This document shows positions 38,245 through 48,774 of a stretch of DNA of 64,000 nucleotides, one piece after another; the stretch's first letter is position 1; each line of letters begins with the position of its first letter. The position numbers and the translations under genes are program-made. This stretch comes from Escherichia coli. Lineage in GTDB: Bacteria > Pseudomonadota > Gammaproteobacteria > Enterobacterales > Enterobacteriaceae. The notes beneath the pieces are model-generated. The model worked only from the letters and a program-made list of their open reading frames with translations. It was not told where the DNA came from and did no database searches. Location: the NCBI RefSeq assembly GCF_011045215.1, contig NZ_CP049201.1. One strand, written 5' to 3'.

Positions 38245-39342
38245 ATGAAAGGACGTTGGGTAAAGTACCTTCTTATGGGCACGGTTGTGGCAATGCTTGC
38301 CGCCTGCTCTTCCAAACCAACCGATCGCGGACAGCAATATAAAGACGGGAAATTTACCCAGCCTTTCTCTCTGGTGAACCAACCAGATGCCGTTGGCGCG
38401 CCGATTAACGCCGGTGATTTTGCCGAGCAAATTAACCATATCCGTAATTCGTCACCGCGTCTGTATGGCAACCAGAGTAATGTTTATAACGCGGTGCAAG
38501 AGTGGCTGCGCGCAGGCGGTGATACCCGCAATATGCGCCAGTTCGGCATTGATGCCTGGCAGATGGAAGGTGCCGACAATTATGGTAACGTGCAGTTTAC
38601 AGGCTATTACACGCCGGTAATTCAGGCGCGCCATACCCGCCAGGGCGAGTTCCAGTATCCGATTTACCGTATGCCGCCAAAACGTGGTCGTCTGCCGTCT
38701 CGTGCGGAGATCTACGCGGGGGCATTGAGCGATAAATACATCCTCGCTTACAGCAACTCTCTGATGGATAATTTCATTATGGATGTGCAGGGTAGTGGGT
38801 ATATCGACTTTGGTGATGGCAGTCCGCTTAACTTTTTCAGCTATGCAGGGAAAAACGGTCATGCCTATCGCAGCATTGGTAAGGTGCTGATCGACCGTGG
38901 CGAAGTGAAAAAAGAAGATATGTCGATGCAGGCGATTCGTCACTGGGGCGAAACACACAGTGAAGCCGAGGTTCGCGAGCTGCTGGAACAGAACCCGTCT
39001 TTCGTTTTCTTTAAACCGCAATCTTTTGCACCGGTGAAAGGGGCAAGTGCGGTGCCGCTGGTTGGCCGTGCTTCTGTTGCCTCTGATCGTTCAATTATTC
39101 CGCCAGGTACAACCTTGCTGGCAGAAGTGCCGCTGCTGGATAATAACGGCAAATTTAACGGTCAGTATGAACTGCGTCTGATGGTGGCACTGGATGTCGG
39201 TGGCGCAATCAAAGGCCAACACTTCGATATCTATCAAGGGATCGGGCCGGAAGCCGGACACCGCGCAGGTTGGTACAACCACTATGGACGTGTCTGGGTG
39301 CTGAAAACGGCTCCGGGCGCAGGTAACGTCTTTAGCGGCTGA
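38245..39342 (+). CDS. mltA: membrane-bound lytic murein transglycosylase A
   Basis: ORF trimmed to MKGRWVKYLLMGTVVAMLAAC (lipobox), 365 aa; the longer track ORF from 37948 would overlap the tRNA. Confidence 0.95.
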   Translation: MKGRWVKYLLMGTVVAMLAACSSKPTDRGQQYKDGKFTQPFSLVNQPDAVGAPINAGDFAEQINHIRNSSPRLYGNQSNVYNAVQEWLRAGGDTRNMRQFGIDAWQMEGADNYGNVQFTGYYTPVIQARHTRQGEFQYPIYRMPPKRGRLPSRAEIYAGALSDKYILAYSNSLMDNFIMDVQGSGYIDFGDGSPLNFFSYAGKNGHAYRSIGKVLIDRGEVKKEDMSMQAIRHWGETHSEAEVRELLEQNPSFVFFKPQSFAPVKGASAVPLVGRASVASDRSIIPPGTTLLAEVPLLDNNGKFNGQYELRLMVALDVGGAIKGQHFDIYQGIGPEAGHRAGWYNHYGRVWVLKTAPGAGNVFSG

Positions 39343-39376
39343 TGTGATATTCTGTATGCCGTTTTTACGGATATGA

Positions 39377-39560
39377 CAGGGTGAGGGATAACCTCACATC
39401 CTGATTATTGACTAAGTGCGCGTTGTTCATGCCGGATGCGGCGTGAACGCCTTATCCAGCCTACAAATCATGCAAATCCAAAATATTGCAGGAGTTATGT
39501 AGGCCTGATAAGCGTAGCGCATCAGGCATTTATGCGTTTAGGGTGAGGGATAACCTCGCC
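39377..39560. repeat. BIME/RIP-like REP cluster between mltA and tcdA
   Basis: REP GCCGGATGCGGCGTGAACGCCTTATCCAGCCTAC and inverted REP GTAGGCCTGATAAGCGTAGCGCATCAGGC, flanked by two copies of GGGTGAGGGATAACCTC. Confidence 0.7.
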
Positions 39561-39580
39561 CTTTTTAATTCTGAGGTGCT

Positions 39581-40387
39581 ATGTCTGTGGTAATTAGTGA
39601 TGCATGGCGTCAGCGTTTTGGTGGCACAGCGCGTCTGTATGGTGAAAAAGCGTTGCAACTGTTTGCTGACGCGCATATTTGTGTGGTTGGTATCGGTGGT
39701 GTCGGTTCCTGGACGGCGGAAGCGCTGGCGCGCACGGGGATTGGCGCAATCACGCTTATCGATATGGATGATGTGTGCGTCACCAATACCAATCGGCAAA
39801 TTCATGCCCTGCGCGATAACGTTGGGCTGGCAAAAGCGGAAGTCATGGCGGAACGTATTCGCCAGATTAACCCGGAGTGCCGTGTAACGGTGGTGGATGA
39901 TTTCGTGACGCCGGATAACGTAGCGCAATATATGAGTGCCGGTTATTCGTACGTGATTGATGCCATTGATAGTGTACGGCCCAAAGCGGCGCTGATTGCT
40001 TATTGTCGGCGCAATAAAATTCCGCTGGTCACGACCGGTGGCGCGGGTGGGCAGATTGACCCAACGCAGATTCAGGTTACCGATCTGGCGAAAACGATTC
40101 AGGACCCGCTGGCGGCGAAGTTGCGTGAGCGCCTGAAAAGCGATTTTGGCGTAGTGAAAAACAGTAAAGGTAAGCTCGGCGTGGATTGCGTGTTCTCTAC
40201 CGAAGCATTGGTGTACCCGCAGTCAGACGGCACGGTGTGTGCGATGAAAGCCACGGCGGAAGGACCAAAGCGGATGGATTGTGCATCTGGATTTGGCGCG
40301 GCAACTATGGTGACCGCCACCTTTGGGTTTGTTGCGGTTTCTCATGCGCTGAAGAAGATGATGGCGAAAGCGGCGCGTCAGGGGTAA
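39581..40387 (+). CDS. tcdA: tRNA threonylcarbamoyladenosine dehydratase (E1-like)
   Basis: 268-aa ORF with ThiF/MoeB-type nucleotide-binding motif VVGIGGVGSW. Confidence 0.93.
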   Translation: MSVVISDAWRQRFGGTARLYGEKALQLFADAHICVVGIGGVGSWTAEALARTGIGAITLIDMDDVCVTNTNRQIHALRDNVGLAKAEVMAERIRQINPECRVTVVDDFVTPDNVAQYMSAGYSYVIDAIDSVRPKAALIAYCRRNKIPLVTTGGAGGQIDPTQIQVTDLAKTIQDPLAAKLRERLKSDFGVVKNSKGKLGVDCVFSTEALVYPQSDGTVCAMKATAEGPKRMDCASGFGAATMVTATFGFVAVSHALKKMMAKAARQG

Positions 40388-40437
40388 ACAATCAGGTCGG
40401 ATGCGACGCAAACGTCTTATCCGACCCGGTTCTGTGC

Positions 40438-40881
40438 TTAAACCTGCTTCGTCGCAGCGATAATCGCCTCGCTTAACGCATTTAACCCCTGGCTGCGTGA
40501 GGCGCTAAGTTGCGCACGCAATCCCAGTTCATCAAACAATGCCAGCGGCGACTGTGCCTGCAATTCGGCGGCGGTTTTCCCCTCAACGGCAGTCAACAGC
40601 ACCGCCAGCAGGCCGCGCACTATACGTCCTTCGCTGTCGCCAAAGAAGTGCATTTTACCGTTTTCAGCCACGGTATATCCCAGCCAGACGCGGTTTTCGC
40701 ATCCGGCAATCTCTTTAGCCTGCGCTTTTAACTCGTCTGGCAAAGCCGGAAGCTGTTTCCCCAGCATGATCAACTGGCGATATTTATCTTCCCATTGCGT
40801 CAACGGTGCGAAGGTATTGCGTAACGTTTCTGCGGTTACGGTTGTGCCGAACGGGTGTCCGGCGAATTGCGGGTTCGTCAT
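40438..40881 (-). CDS. csdE: sulfur acceptor protein CsdE (SufE-like)
   Basis: 147-aa ORF; start overlaps csdA stop. Confidence 0.93.
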
Positions 40882-42086
40882 TAATCCACCAATAATTCCA
40901 GCGCGCGGTCAACGGCATTCACCAGCGCATCCACATCACTCTTTGTATTATATGGCGCAAAAGAGGCGCGCAGTGTGCCGGTTACGCCTAATTCTGCCAG
41001 TAGCGGCTGAGCGCAATGCTGCCCGGCGCGCAGGGCAATACCGTACTCCGCCAGCAGCGTCACCATATCGCTGTGATGAACGCCAGCAAAATCAAAGGCC
41101 AGCAGGCTGGAATCCTGGCAGCGGAATGAACGAAAGCCTGGACGTTTCGCCAGCGCTTCTTCTGCAAGCGTTGCCAGGCTACGGCTCCAGCTTTCGGCCT
41201 GGTTGATATCGTAATCTGCCAGCCATTCCAGCGCCGCGCTTAATCCTATGACACCAGCCACATTTGGCGTTCCTGCTTCCAGTTTCCACGGCGCAGATTG
41301 AGTCGTGAAGCCGTCAAAACTCACTTCGTGAATCATTTTTCCGCCGCCCAGCCAGGGTGACATTGCTTCCAGCAGTTCTGGTTTGCCATACAGCACGCCG
41401 ATACCTGTCGGGCCATACAGTTTGTGACCTGAAAAAGCATAGAAATCGATATCCAGTTGCTGAACATCCGCGGGGAAATGCACCGCCCCCTGAGCACCAT
41501 CAACCATCACCACCATCCCGGCTGAATGAGCAAAGGTAATCGCTCGCGCCAGATCCGGGCAACCGCCAGTAACGTTCGACATCTGACCCAACGCCAGAAT
41601 CCGACTACGGGGAGTAATCAGTTCTGGCAACAAATCGACATCCGGCAGTCGCTGCGCATTAAGCGGCAATTTCACCACTTTGGCTCCAGTTTGTTGGGCA
41701 ACCATCAGCCAGGGGACGAGGTTAGCGTGGTGTTCTGCCACGCTGACAATAATCTCATCGCCCGGTTGCAGACGCGGACGCGCATAGCATTGTGCCACCA
41801 TGTTGATGGATTCAGTGGTGCCGCGCGTCCAGACGATAGTTTTATCATCCGGTGCATTCAGTAATTGCGCCACTTTTTCCCGCGCAGCTTCATAACGCGC
41901 GGTCAGGCGTTGGGCTTCGGCAAACTGGCTGCGATGGACGTTTCCGGCGCTCAGACTGTAAAACTGTCGGGTGGCTTCAACCACGGCTTCAGGTTTAAGC
42001 GCGGTCGCGGCGCTGTCGAGATAGACGCCCGCATCCTGTAGAGCGGTAAACTGGGCGCGAAACTGCGCGGGATTAAAAACGTTCAT
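40881..42086 (-). CDS. csdA: cysteine sulfinate desulfinase / cysteine desulfurase
   Basis: ORF trimmed to [13 protein letters not shown] (401 aa); class V aminotransferase. Confidence 0.95.
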
Positions 42087-42277
42087 GGTACTCCTCGGCT
42101 TGATGCACCGATCGTGACGCAAAATTCACTTTGATACAAGGAGAGTGCTAACCATCAGAATTATCTGGATATCCTGGCGAAGCCGCGTCAGTAACATATG
42201 CTGAATAGTGTTAGGCGTTAATTTTAGCCTGTTAATCAATACTATTAAGATTTATTAATCGCTTTAAGGAGAAGATG

Positions 42278-42505
42278 ATGAAAAAGACTGCCGCAATTAT
42301 TTCTGCCTGTATGCTGACTTTTGCCCTGAGCGCCTGTTCCGGTTCGAACTATGTGATGCACACCAATGACGGACGTACCATCGTCTCTGACGGCAAACCA
42401 CAGACTGATAACGATACCGGTATGATTTCGTATAAAGACGCTAATGGCAGCAAACAGCAGATCAACCGTACCGACGTGAAAGAGATGGTCGAACTGGATC
42501 AGTAA
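42278..42505 (+). CDS. ygdI: small lipoprotein (DUF903), paralogue of ygdR
   Basis: 75-aa ORF from the second Met, lipobox LSAC; clear similarity to YgdR. Confidence 0.88.
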   Translation: MKKTAAIISACMLTFALSACSGSNYVMHTNDGRTIVSDGKPQTDNDTGMISYKDANGSKQQINRTDVKEMVELDQ

Positions 42506-42524
42506 TTCGCGATCGCAAGGTAAT

Positions 42525-43232
42525 AAATATCCTCCGGCATAGCCGGAGGTTTTTCAAATGCGCCTATAAGGCTCTCTTACCAGCCGCGCCCTAACAGGCG
42601 CACACGATCTGACATTTGCATCCAACTTCGTTACTTACGGCCCGTAAACGGGCTGCCCGGATAGGGAATCGATAACTGCTCTCCCATTTCATCCTCTTCA
42701 AGCTGGTGCTTTATGTAATCCTGTATCTTCGCCGTGTTCTTACCCACCGTATCGACGTAGTACCCTCTGCACCAGAACTCCCTGTTCCTGTATTTGAATT
42801 TCAAATCCCCAAACTGCTCATAAAGCATCAGACTGCTTTTCCCTTTCAGATATCCCATAAAGCCGGATACGCTCATTTTGGGCGGGATCTCCACAAGCAT
42901 ATGGATATGATCTGCACAGCATTCAGCTTCAAGAATCCGTACGCTTTTCCACTCACACAGCTTTCTCAAAATACTGCCTATTGCTCTACGCTTCTCTCTG
43001 TAGAACACTTGTCTTCGGTATTTTGGCGCAAAAACTATGTGATATTTACAGTTCCATCGGGTGTGCGCTAAGCTCTTTTCGTTCCCCATTGGGACCCCCT
43101 TTTGATTTCTTGTTTGACACTTGCAGTTGCCAGACCGCAAGGTGTTTTAACAAATCAAAAGGGGTTTTAATAACTGGCTCAAAGCTGAAAGCTTTCCGGA
43201 ACCCCCAGCCTAGCTGGGGGTTTTCTGTGCAC
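42525..43232 (-). mobile_element. IS200 insertion sequence (IS200/IS605 family); ends approximate to within about 10 bp
   Basis: Encodes a 152-aa IS200-type Y1/HUH transposase; similar GC-rich subterminal hairpins at both ends (CCCCCAGC-CTA-GCTGGGGG at 43202-43220; CCTCCGGC-ATA-GCCGGAGG at 42531-42549); stem-loop sequestering the tnpA RBS; total about 708 bp. Confidence 0.85.
42631..43089 (-). CDS. tnpA: IS200 transposase TnpA (Y1 HUH transposase)
   Basis: MGNEKSLAHTRWNCKYHIVFAPKYRR...HIHMLVEIPP (HuH motif), 152 aa from the internal Met of the track ORF. Confidence 0.9.
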   Translation of the reverse strand: MGNEKSLAHTRWNCKYHIVFAPKYRRQVFYREKRRAIGSILRKLCEWKSVRILEAECCADHIHMLVEIPPKMSVSGFMGYLKGKSSLMLYEQFGDLKFKYRNREFWCRGYYVDTVGKNTAKIQDYIKHQLEEDEMGEQLSIPYPGSPFTGRK

Positions 43233-43438
43233 AAAAAAAAGCACCGCAATTAGGCGGTGCTACATTAATCACTATGGACAGACAGGGTAAATGTACAGGA
43301 AGTGAAAAAAGGTAGCTTTGCTACCATGGTCTGAATCGCAGACCAATTGCAAACACAACAACACAACATCACAACCGTAAGCCAAAAGTTCACCAGAACA
43401 CGCATTCCGATAAAACTTTTCGTTCCGGCTCAGGAAGT
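43233..43438 (-). ncRNA. gcvB: GcvB small RNA
   Basis: Minus strand reads ACTTCCTGAGCCGGAACGAAAAG...GTTGTGATGTTGTGTTGTTGTGTTTGCAATTGG...GCACCGCCTAATTGCGGTGCT plus T8; about 206 nt; divergent from gcvA. Confidence 0.9.
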
Positions 43439-43566
43439 GCCGCCACTATAGGTATTTGCTGGTAGAAGCTCAACGGACAATTTATAATGGCTCAGATTAA
43501 AAAAACTAATAGGTTACACAGTGTGATCTAATTGTTAAATTCATTTAACATCAAAGTTTAAAAGCC

Positions 43567-44484
43567 ATGTCTAAACGATTACCACCGCTAAATGCCTTAC
43601 GAGTTTTTGATGCCGCAGCACGCCATTTAAGTTTCACTCGCGCAGCAGAAGAGCTTTTTGTGACCCAGGCCGCAGTAAGTCATCAAATCAAGTCTCTTGA
43701 GGATTTTCTGGGGCTAAAACTGTTCCGCCGCCGTAATCGTTCACTCCTGCTGACCGAGGAAGGTCAAAGCTATTTCCTCGATATCAAAGAGATATTTTCG
43801 CAATTAACCGAAGCGACGCGTAAACTCCAGGCCCGTAGCGCCAAGGGGGCGTTGACGGTCAGTTTACTCCCCAGTTTCGCCATTCATTGGTTGGTTCCGC
43901 GACTTTCCAGCTTTAATTCAGCTTATCCGGGAATTGACGTTCGAATCCAGGCGGTTGATCGTCAGGAAGATAAGCTGGCGGATGATGTTGATGTGGCGAT
44001 ATTTTATGGTCGGGGCAACTGGCCGGGGCTACGGGTGGAAAAACTGTACGCCGAATATTTATTGCCGGTGTGTTCGCCGCTACTGCTGACTGGCGAAAAA
44101 CCCTTGAAGACCCCGGAAGATCTGGCTAAACATACGTTATTACATGATGCGTCACGCCGTGACTGGCAGACATATACCCGACAGTTGGGGTTAAATCATA
44201 TCAACGTGCAGCAAGGGCCAATTTTTAGCCATAGCGCCATGGTGCTGCAAGCGGCTATCCACGGGCAGGGAGTGGCGCTGGCAAATAACGTGATGGCGCA
44301 ATCTGAAATTGAAGCCGGACGTCTTGTTTGCCCGTTTAATGATGTTCTGGTCAGTAAAAACGCTTTTTATCTGGTTTGTCATGACAGCCAGGCAGAACTG
44401 GGTAAAATAGCCGCCTTTCGCCAATGGATCCTGGCGAAAGCCGCTGCTGAACAAGAAAAATTCCGCTTTCGTTATGAACAATAA
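43567..44484 (+). CDS. gcvA: glycine cleavage system transcriptional activator (LysR family)
   Basis: 305-aa ORF, N-terminal HTH MSKRLPPLNALRVFDAAARHLSFTRAAEEL. Confidence 0.96.
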   Translation: MSKRLPPLNALRVFDAAARHLSFTRAAEELFVTQAAVSHQIKSLEDFLGLKLFRRRNRSLLLTEEGQSYFLDIKEIFSQLTEATRKLQARSAKGALTVSLLPSFAIHWLVPRLSSFNSAYPGIDVRIQAVDRQEDKLADDVDVAIFYGRGNWPGLRVEKLYAEYLLPVCSPLLLTGEKPLKTPEDLAKHTLLHDASRRDWQTYTRQLGLNHINVQQGPIFSHSAMVLQAAIHGQGVALANNVMAQSEIEAGRLVCPFNDVLVSKNAFYLVCHDSQAELGKIAAFRQWILAKAAAEQEKFRFRYEQ

Positions 44485-44502
44485 TTTACGTAGGGTACGA
44501 CC

Positions 44503-44898
44503 ATGACCAGCCGTTTTATGCTGATTTTCGCCGCCATTAGCGGCTTCATTTTTGTGGCTCTGGGCGCTTTTGGCGCGCATGTGTTAAGTAAAACCATGGG
44601 GGCCGTTGAGATGGGCTGGATCCAGACCGGCCTCGAATACCAGGCGTTTCATACTCTGGCGATCTTAGGTCTGGCGGTGGCAATGCAGCGTCGCATCAGT
44701 ATCTGGTTTTACTGGAGTAGCGTTTTCCTCGCGTTAGGCACGGTGCTGTTCAGCGGCAGCCTTTATTGCCTGGCACTGTCCCATCTGCGTTTGTGGGCGT
44801 TTGTCACTCCGGTTGGCGGCGTGAGCTTCCTTGCGGGCTGGGCGTTAATGTTAGTTGGTGCTATCCGTTTAAAGCGCAAGGGCGTAAGTCATGAATAA
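44503..44898 (+). CDS. ygdD: DUF423 inner membrane protein
   Basis: 131-aa hydrophobic ORF. Confidence 0.88.
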
Positions 44899-45991
44899 GG
44901 TTGTATTGCTGTGCCGTCCGGGCTTTGAAAAAGAGTGCGCCGCAGAAATTACCGATAAAGCCGGCCAGCGGGAAATTTTCGGTTTTGCCCGCGTGAAAGA
45001 GAATGCGGGTTATGTCATTTATGAATGTTATCAACCTGATGATGGCGATAAGTTAATCCGTGAGCTGCCGTTCAGTTCATTAATTTTTGCCCGCCAGTGG
45101 TTTGTGGTTGGGGAACTCCTGCAGCATTTGCCGCCAGAAGATCGTATTACCCCCATTGTCGGCATGTTACAGGGCGTAGTAGAGAAGGGCGGTGAACTGC
45201 GTGTTGAAGTTGCCGATACCAACGAAAGCAAAGAGTTGCTGAAATTCTGCCGTAAATTCACCGTGCCGCTACGCGCTGCCTTGCGCGATGCGGGGGTGCT
45301 GGCGAACTATGAAACGCCGAAGCGTCCGGTAGTGCATGTATTCTTCATTGCACCAGGCTGCTGCTATACCGGTTACTCATACAGCAACAATAATTCGCCA
45401 TTCTATATGGGCATTCCGCGCCTGAAATTTCCGGCAGATGCGCCGAGTCGTTCCACGCTCAAACTGGAAGAGGCATTTCATGTGTTTATTCCTGCGGATG
45501 AGTGGGATGAACGCCTGGCGAACGGGATGTGGGCGGTGGATTTGGGCGCTTGCCCAGGCGGCTGGACCTACCAACTGGTGAAGCGCAACATGTGGGTTTA
45601 TTCCGTCGACAACGGCCCGATGGCGCAAAGTCTGATGGATACCGGGCAGGTGACGTGGCTACGGGAAGACGGGTTCAAATTCCGTCCGACACGCAGCAAT
45701 ATCTCCTGGATGGTATGCGATATGGTTGAAAAACCGGCGAAAGTTGCGGCATTGATGGCGCAGTGGCTGGTTAATGGCTGGTGCCGTGAAACCATTTTCA
45801 ACCTCAAACTGCCGATGAAAAAACGCTACGAAGAAGTGTCACACAATCTGGCGTATATTCAGGCACAGCTTGATGAACATGGCATAAATGCTCAGATTCA
45901 GGCGCGGCAGTTGTATCACGATCGCGAAGAAGTGACGGTGCACGTCCGCCGCATCTGGGCTGCGGTGGGTGGTCGTCGCGACGAGCGATAA
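44891..45991 (+). CDS. rlmM: 23S rRNA 2'-O-ribose C2498 methyltransferase
   Basis: 366-aa ORF overlapping ygdD by 8 nt. Confidence 0.93.
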
Positions 45992-46034
45992 CAGGCAAGG
46001 CCGGGGCGTCGTCTCCGGCCTGCTACCCTTTCCG

Positions 46035-46766
46035 TCAGGCTGTTACCAAAGAAGTTGCAACCTGGCGCTCATCAGAAATAATGTGCGTTACCTCATCCAG
46101 ATGCCCGATGCGGGCTTCCCCTGAACGATTAAATTTACTTTTATCAATCAATAACAACGATTGCGCGGCACGTTTTAATAGCATCGATTTGTAATCAGCG
46201 TTGATGGCATTGGAGTCCCACAGTGCGCCGCTGCTATCGATCCCTTCACAAGAAAAAATAAACAGATCGATTTCCAGCGATTTAAGTTGGGAAATCAGCG
46301 AGGGATTGACGTAACAGCCATATTTGCGCTCAAGTGTGCCGCCGGAACTGATCAGTTGAATGCGTTCGCGTTTACCGAGTTCATGGCAAATCGGATGGCT
46401 ATTGGTGAAGACCTGAATGTTGATGTCAGGCAACTGACGTGCCAGATACCAGCAGGTTGAACTGGCGTCTAAGGCTATCACCATCCCTTCTTCAATCCAC
46501 GCGAGCGCCTCGCGCGCGATATCTGCTTTATGCGCATAATGGCTTTTCAGCCTGATGTGAAAGGGATCGCCACTGTCTTGATTTTGACGGTGGATATATT
46601 TAGCGCGTCCATGATTGCGCAGAATTTTACCCTGCGTCTGTAATTCATTGAGATCGCGACGAATGGTTTCTTTACTGACCTTTAGCTGTTCAGAGAGAGC
46701 TTCCGTGGTCAGGCTGGTATGGTTCAGCAGCAGGTCGACTATCGCTTGCTGGCGTGCCGCTTTCAT
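46035..46766 (-). CDS. fucR: L-fucose operon activator (DeoR family)
   Basis: ORF trimmed to MKAARQQAIVDLL (243 aa). Confidence 0.93.
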   Translation of the reverse strand: MKAARQQAIVDLLLNHTSLTTEALSEQLKVSKETIRRDLNELQTQGKILRNHGRAKYIHRQNQDSGDPFHIRLKSHYAHKADIAREALAWIEEGMVIALDASSTCWYLARQLPDINIQVFTNSHPICHELGKRERIQLISSGGTLERKYGCYVNPSLISQLKSLEIDLFIFSCEGIDSSGALWDSNAINADYKSMLLKRAAQSLLLIDKSKFNRSGEARIGHLDEVTHIISDERQVATSLVTA

Positions 46767-46823
46767 ATTTTTCACCCCATCATTCGATAACCGCCCGCGT
46801 CATGCGGGCGTACCGGTATGAGA

Positions 46824-47246
46824 TTACGGTGTTACCCCTTTTTTTAAAAGAATATTCCCGTACTTCGCTCGTTCGCCTGTGATAACGATCGCAAAGGCTT
46901 TTTGCGCACGTTCATAAAACGCAAAACGATTGATGCGGATGATGTCAGGACACGGGGCTTGTAGTGAAAGCGCATTACGGTAACGTCGTTCTACTTCAGG
47001 ATCGAGAGTGTCACCTTCTACCGCCGCCATCATCACCAGCGGTGGTGCATAACTGTCCAGTTCAAATAACGGGATAATCGCCTGGAGCAAGTCGCTCACC
47101 AACAGGCCATCAGCGCGGATCACCTGCGGTCCCATCGAATGGGCGGGAAAGTGAGCATCGGAAAAAATAATTTCATCTCCATGTCCCATCTCTGCCAGCA
47201 CTTTCAATAGTTCGGGAGAAATTAACGGCGAAATTGTTTTCAGCAT
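46824..47246 (-). CDS. fucU: L-fucose mutarotase
   Basis: 140-aa ORF. Confidence 0.93.
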
Positions 47247-47247
47247 T

Positions 47248-48666
47248 TCACACTTCCTCTATAAATTCAGGTTCAGTTTGCGGGTAGAAATAACGGTACT
47301 GATAATGAATCTGTGCACGGGCTTCTTCCGGGCTGTTAAATTCCCCTACGCCATACCAACCGAACAGCGCAGCTCCTGCGACGGTCGTTTCAGCATCGTC
47401 GAGAACTTTTACCGGAATATCAAGCATATTGGCTTTAATCTGATTCCACAATGTGTTGCGACTTCCTCCACCGACTAACAATAATTCAGAGGCTTTAAAG
47501 TGGCCGATTTTTTCCAGCATCTGTAGATTGCGCTGTAATTGCGCAGTTAACCCTTCTAGCGCCGCGCGATAGAAATGCCCCCGCGTGGTATTAAGCGTCA
47601 CTCCTTGCCAGCCAGCGTTCTGACACGACAATAAATCACACTGCATTTTTACGCCATCCGCGCCAGGCGCGATCAGACGAGCCTCTTCAATCAACATTTG
47701 CCAGGGTGTTTCAGCCGTCCAGAACAGTTTTCTCACCCATTCCAGCACGCCGGATGCCAGCCATTGCATACCTGGGTTATACAACCCTGCCTGGCTATCC
47801 AGTTCGCAGGTGGAACCGGCGTACTGACTTAACAGCGAAGTATCAACCTGGGCGCTACGGACCATTAAAATTTCCCATGTACCGGAAGAGAGCACGGGTT
47901 CATTTTGGTCGGCACCAGCGCCAAAAAGGGCGAACTGGGTATCGTGACCTGCGGAAATCACCGGTATGCCAACGGGTAAGCCGAGCATTGCTGCGGCGCT
48001 GTTCTGTAGCGTACCAATCTGTTCACCCGCTTCCACCAGACGAGGGAAGAGTCGGCGTGGAATACCGGTGGCTTGTAAAATTTGCGGACTGAAATCGCGT
48101 TGCTGGATATCCAGCATCTGGCTGGTTCCGGCCATCGTGATATCAGTAGTGAATTCGCCGGTTAAACGGTGGTTAATCAGCGACGAAATAAAGAGCCAGG
48201 CGTGCGCGCGTTCCAGCAGTTGTGGATGATTTTCTTTCAACCACACCAACTTATATAACGTATTGAAACTAAAGGCTCCGACGCCAGAAATAGCCTGCAA
48301 CCGCTGTGCGGAGATCAACTGTTCAATATTGTCCATAACCGCTGCTGTTCGCGGACATTTCCAGCTAATGATCGGATAGAGCAGATTACCTTGCTTATCT
48401 ACCAGAGCGCCATCCACACCAAAGGTGGTGACGGCGATACCGCGGATGTGGCATTCAGTCAGTTCACTATTGATTTGCCGACAGCAATCAGCAAAGCGTT
48501 GCAAAATGGCGTCTAAAGACCACTGGTGCCAGGTGTTGTTTTCCATCGCGATATCGCTGGCATTAGGCGTTGAGGCGCGGGCAACAATTTTTCCCTGCCG
48601 ATTAACCGCGATGGCCCTGACATTGGTCGCGCCACAGTCGAGTACCAGGATAACTTCTTGTTTCAT
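47248..48666 (-). CDS. fucK: L-fuculokinase
   Basis: 472-aa ORF, FGGY kinase N-terminus. Confidence 0.93.
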
Positions 48667-48774
48667 AATCGCTCCTGCAATATAGCCGGATAATATTGCT
48701 TATCCGGCTAACCACTCTTGCTTGTTCAGGCCCGGTAGCCGGAGCGACCGGGCATCACATCAGGGAGTAATGTA

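Noticed and set aside
38452-39021. 189-aa minus-strand ORF inside mltA
   Set aside because: Antisense to a confirmed gene with no independent support.
42506-43232. Possibility that the ygdI-gcvB insert is a RAYT/REP-associated transposase or a novel defence gene
   Set aside because: The encoded protein is a near-exact IS200 TnpA, and the element has IS200-type subterminal hairpins and size; no toxin, nuclease or other cargo is present.
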